In this document: positions 59,321-64,000 of the stretch, piece by piece
Numbering within the stretch: position 1 is the stretch's first letter
How the letters are laid out: each line of letters starts with the position of its first letter
NCBI GenBank assembly: GCA_002633005.1
Contig: NMRA01000136.1
Coordinates: 542,967-606,966 of the forward strand
Direction: 5' to 3'
DNA from: Phoronis australis
Taxonomy: Eukaryota; Animalia; Phoronida
DNA length: 64,000 nt
Notes under the pieces: model-generated
Seen by the model: only the letters and a program-made list of their open reading frames with translations
Database searches by the model: none
Told to the model about the DNA's origin: nothing
Program-made: the position numbers and the translations under genes

Positions 59321-59758
59321 TCTTTCCGTACTAGTGCAACGGACTCGCTGTAGTCTGAACACATTGTCCGGGCTGCATGTATTTGATACATCCGGACATT
59401 TGCTGAATGGCGGCTGGGCATGGGTGATGTCATTCAAATGCATGCACTTGAGACACTGAGGCCGATGGATCCGTGAGTAACTTTGGGTATCTAAGATCAA
59501 GTCCGCATCTCACGTCACAAGTCAAGATGAAGTCCGTGAGATGCGGACGCAACGTTGCTAATTTTTGTAAGTTTTTATTCCAGTATTAGACTCAAACTTG
59601 ATCTGTTTTCTCAACTGGATGTCTCAAATTTTCATATTTTTGGGTATCTAATTCAGTCACCTATGCTTTGAAACCTTCCGTTCTCCTGCACATCCAATTA
59701 AAATTGCAATGTGCTGTTTGAAAGTCAGTCCTGCTTCTACACCCATTTCTATTTTCAG

Positions 59759-59887
59759 TTTCTGAGCGAAAAGCACTTAATCAATATGCCAGGCGGTAAC
59801 TTGCTCACGGAGCTACAATCAGCGACACATTTTGGTCAGGCGGACTATCTAGCGATACTGGATGCCATCTCACTTCAGCACCCGGAG
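59759..59887 (+). pseudogene. DUOX: Orphan copy of DUOX penultimate exon with a dead donor
   Basis: FLSEKHLINMPGGNLLTELQSATHFGQADYLAILDAISLQHPE; acceptor intact, donor GT changed to AT; TGL to TEL and GRP to GQA. Confidence 0.88.
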
Positions 59888-60029
59888 ATTCGCAGCTTGT
59901 AACTCTTCCACCTGCCTATTTACTTCACTAACATTAAAACTGTTTGAACTAAAGAAAGTGGAAATACCTACGTCAAGACACATGCAAGAACAAACTAACT
60001 GAATTCGGGTCTTTTTCAATGCCGGACCT

Positions 60030-60090
60030 GCTCTGTCTGTCTGTCTGTCTGTCAGTCTGTCTCTCCCTCCCTCCCTCCCTCCCTCCCTCC
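60030..60090. repeat. (CTGT)n/(CCCT)n microsatellite
   Basis: Directly visible; resembles the pyrimidine tract at 1-33. Confidence 0.9.
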
Positions 60091-62767
60091 TATTATAAAA
60101 CCAATCGTATAAAGTTGTTTCGCACAAAGATTACAAGTCAAATTGACAGGTCGTTTTTTCTACATACTAGACCGATTAAGGTTATTTCNTCTCTCTCTTC
60201 CACCAATCATATCGATCTTTAATTAATTTTACAATCATTTCATTCATTGTCTATCTTAAGCTCTTCAGACAACTTATTATTTTCAAATGTTCTACTCAAG
60301 TTTTGTAACTGACGTCATTCTAGTCGAGCTCTAAGTGCGACAGTGCCTTTATATAGAAACCCAGAAGTAAAGTGTGTTAACATCAAAATGGACACTCAGA
60401 TGCGACATTGGAGGTTTATGACACAATATTCAGACAGTTTGCTAAACTGTTTTCTCAAATCCTCAAAGCTCTTGCGAACAAAGAAATAATTGAAATAATT
60501 CGCAAATAGTTAAAAATAAATTATGAAAGTTGTGGAGATCAATCAACGGCGCAAAAGTCGAATCTTAAGCACAGATCATACTATTCGAAAACCACATTAT
60601 ACGCAGGCTACATTATACACAGACCACACTATGTGTAGACCAGATTATTCTGCGACTACATTGTACACATATATCATTATAACCAGATCACATTGTGCGC
60701 ATACTATAATATGCACAGACCACACTGTATGGAACTGCCATGATACTACGAGTTCATTAACAGATCGTAGGCTTTTGTGAAAGATAAAGAAAGGAAATTT
60801 ACAATGGACTAAATAGACATTGCCTATGCGTGCCACCATGCTCAGAAACACACGCCAGGCGAGACTGTGGCTACGGGGAGATGGAAAGTTCCGGTTTCCA
60901 GAGATTTCACACCGAAAGTGAAGGAAGCCTGAAGAAATCTCGGATAACATATAGTCAAGGCAAGAGAAAAGTAAGAGTGCGGGTTAGTTAACGTACGAGA
61001 AGCCGGTGAGCTGGGTCAAAAGAAATACATGCGACTTGAGATGACATTGTAGAGTGCTCAGCTGAGAGAACGCGTAGTCATCAGTAGTAGGGATTTGGTC
61101 GAGACTCAAACCTAAGCACTGTGTGTATAAGCAGGGTCAAAACGCTCTTCCCGTGCTTTCTTTCAAAAAAAAAACAAGTTTTGGTTTATACCACTTACCT
61201 TTATAAAAGTGTCTTTGTCTTGTTCCTTACTAAATTTAGAGGAAAATTTCGAGATTATTGAACAGTGGCCTAAATCAAGCTTGGTTTCTTCATCGAAAGC
61301 ACGAGTTTAATGCCACTTTTAAACACACACTGGCTGGTAGACATTAATATACATAGCTGGAACGTTAACGGCATGGACTTAAGAACTACTTTCACGGCTT
61401 TGATATTCAGGAAACACGGAGTAACAGTTTAGATCGTTTTCAATTGGACCATTAAACTACAATTGCAAAATAAAAAAATAAATTTGGTACTCAGATGGCA
61501 TTTTGCTATTGTGAAAGAAAATGTTGTACCATCTACCTCATTGCAAGAGCCCTGCTATCCAAATGTTCTTTGGGTGAGATTTCATTTAGTCAACTGGATT
61601 GAAAAATTGACTGAATAAAGCTTGCCACGACGTCACACGCCGAAGTCCACTGTACATTGGTTTAAGAATGGCTAACGACAAGAGAAATTGAAAACGGTGC
61701 TAGCCAAGTAGAATCTTCATTTGTGCGAAAACGAAAATTATTCAGTCAAAACGGTTACCAGACGGATGAAATTATAAAATGGTCTGGCCCACATCATACA
61801 GGACCAGTCTATGTTTTACCCAAAAGATCAAGTACATTTTCTGATAACTTGGTCTTTGACCATTTAGTATTCGACATATAGAAAGATTTTAAAACATTTT
61901 CAACGGTTTGATAATAAAGAAAACGATACTCTCGGCTATGATGGCGGAATCATGTGCGCTTGACCACCAGAATACCTGTGTTTGTCGTCGACGCTGACCA
62001 CGTTGAAACTAGGTGCAAATGGCAATGGCGCATGCAGGACAAGTCGGACACGTTTTCAATACTTCGTGGTCAGTGGCGAGCATTCTAAAAGTTCGATGCT
62101 CTACTTATCTGTGGAGAGGTGCAAATAAGGGATCAGAAAAATACTTTAACTTTTCCACCTCAGGAGGAGATCCATGATCCCTGCGAGAACAAAAACGTAA
62201 AACTGTTACAATACTTAGTCTCTTATCTACAAGAACAGAGCACGGAGCACCAAATTTGATAAATGTTTCAAAGAGATACTAAAGCAAGTGCACAGAATCA
62301 AGTTATAAACACGGCACCATGCAGCGGCGGTCGGAGAGCCGTATTTGTGAGTCTGGTCGCAAGTTTGTGAGTCGGTGTAGTGTCGGTGGTTTTAGAGGTA
62401 CGCGTGTCGTCAGTCCGGCGCCGTGTTGGTCGGCCAGAGAAGTGTTGGTGTGTCCCGGTGAGCGTGGCGTGGAAGTGAAGAACTTTGAATGTAACATGAG
62501 CGTTGTTTTCACTTCTGATTTATGGACCCAACCCGCGTCATTTGGCGTAGCTGTTCGCGACGTACTGTAAGGGAGGAGCTGAACGTAAGCAATTCGAGCC
62601 AAGAAGGGAACTAAGTATAGATCAGGGTGATTGCAAATTCGGTCGTACTTCACGTTTATTTGTACTGAAGTAAAGCACCTCGGAAATATTTGCTCTCGAT
62701 GGTCTATCGTTACTGATGGAGACTTCAAATTCTTATTTTTGTAATTATTATAATACCAGCATCTCGG

Positions 62768-62770
<3 letters not shown>

Positions 62771-62836
<66 letters not shown>
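62771..62836. repeat. (GA)33 microsatellite
   Basis: Perfect dinucleotide run. Confidence 0.97.
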
Positions 62837-62839
<3 letters not shown>

Positions 62840-62849
62840 CATGGGAGAA

Positions 62850-64000
62850 GAAAACGGAAGATCATTTATGTAAATTAAGTAGAGAAGCGGGCGAAGGCAA
62901 AGCCCTGGGGATCTCCGGCGGTAGGTATTGGTAAGCAACTGAAAGTTGTATCTCTCAGTGAAACATATTGGGTGCGGTTTGAGAGATTATGTAATATTCA
63001 ACTCCAGTAATATCATTATGATTCATCTTTTAGAAGAGTATTTGGTGGTCGAAAGCTTTAGAGAGATCCAAAAAGATGACCAGGGGATTCATGTCATGAT
63101 CAAGATGGGAACAAATGCGGTCTAAAAGTTTAAGCGAAGTAAGTTCTGTGGAATGATATTTTCTGAAGCCATATTGGTGTTTGTAAAGAATATAATTTTC
63201 ATTTAGGAGTTTTGAAAGTTGTGTATGGATATTTTTGATAATTTTTTAGATTATTGGGAGAATAGAAATGGGTTCATAATTGCCCTAGTGCTCTTGAGTC
63301 CTAACCATGTTGTTTAAAAATTGGGATTACCTTAGCAATCTTGAAAGCTTCTGGAAACGTACCAGTGGGCAAGCATTGGTGAGAGGTTCACTTATAAAAG
63401 GTCGATTATTTTGACAATTTTAGATGATACGTTGTCATGACCAGTACTATTTTTGCGTCCATGTCTCTTATAATATCCAATACATGTTTATTATTAATTA
63501 GTTTGAAAGAGAACTTAAATTTGTTTGGTGTGGGAAGTCTTTGAAATTTTTGTTTTTTCAGTTAATGATTCAGAAAGAGATGGGCCTATTTGGGTAACGT
63601 AGGTGTTGAATAAAATTGCCATTTCGGGTAGGTCACTGGTTTTAGTGTTATCTGAACGTAAGAGATATTCTGGGGTATCATTTTTTGTTCGTACGCCCTT
63701 GTTCATAGCAGTCTTTATTGTATTCCATGATAGACTTCTCTTTTTTGAATGTGTCATGATAGTAAGATTGCTTGTCAAAATCAATACTTTTTTGATAATC
63801 TTGTTGTATATCTTAAGATTTTTATATCATGTAGCGTAGGATTATGTGTTGCGAGGGGTTGTCTTGGCTTGTTTGTAAAGTTTATCTCGATCTGTAAACA
63901 AATGGAAATTAAGATGCCAGGTGTTACTCATGGAAATAATATAATATGGAAACTTTGCTTAATCGTAGATTGTTGTGGCAATTGTCTGCAAAGAGTGATT
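62850..64000 (-). mobile_element. Degenerate CR1-group LINE RT, copy of 2710-3845
   Basis: PLLYLIYINDLP and colinearity with the first copy. Confidence 0.8.

Larger units (their letters stand above)
60198..64000. repeat. Diverged direct copy of ~437-3845, including both degenerate LINEs
   Basis: Colinear match with substitutions and indels, offset ~59.76 kb; runs to the window end. Confidence 0.93.

Noticed and set aside
62303-62938. 211-aa minus-strand ORF
   Set aside because: Chimera of a LINE RT remnant, the (GA)n microsatellite and adjacent repeat sequence; not conserved in the first copy.

Overview
Metazoan genomic DNA: AT-rich, with spliceosomal introns and many repeats; a heterozygous invertebrate is inferred. 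The main feature is one complete + strand dual oxidase (DUOX) gene. I reconstructed 31 coding exons by hand (19354-52261) with compatible splice phases, giving about 1511 aa: signal peptide, peroxidase-homology domain, TM, PH-like domain, EF-hands, 6-TM ferric reductase, FAD/NADPH domain. The protein is atypical, with degenerate EF-hand loops, GGIGVTAF instead of GGIGVTPF, WSTC instead of WVTR, and a C-terminus EIFNN instead of ENF. A 36-bp in-frame tandem repeat multiplies one splice donor six times, one intron has a GC donor, and there is a candidate internal first exon. Extra DUOX 3' exons lie at 266-394 and 59759-59887, and 60198-64000 repeats 437-3845, suggesting a ~59.8 kb tandem unit or a haplotype duplication. 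Three single-N joins (36277, 54829, 60189) occur; the first two flank overlapping, probably artefactual duplications. The rest is degenerate LINEs, an L1/Tx1 element with a 14-bp TSD, MITEs, a Kolobok-like mini-element encoding a THAP domain, SINE heads and simple repeats. No prokaryotic-type system, CRISPR array, rRNA or intact tRNA was seen.
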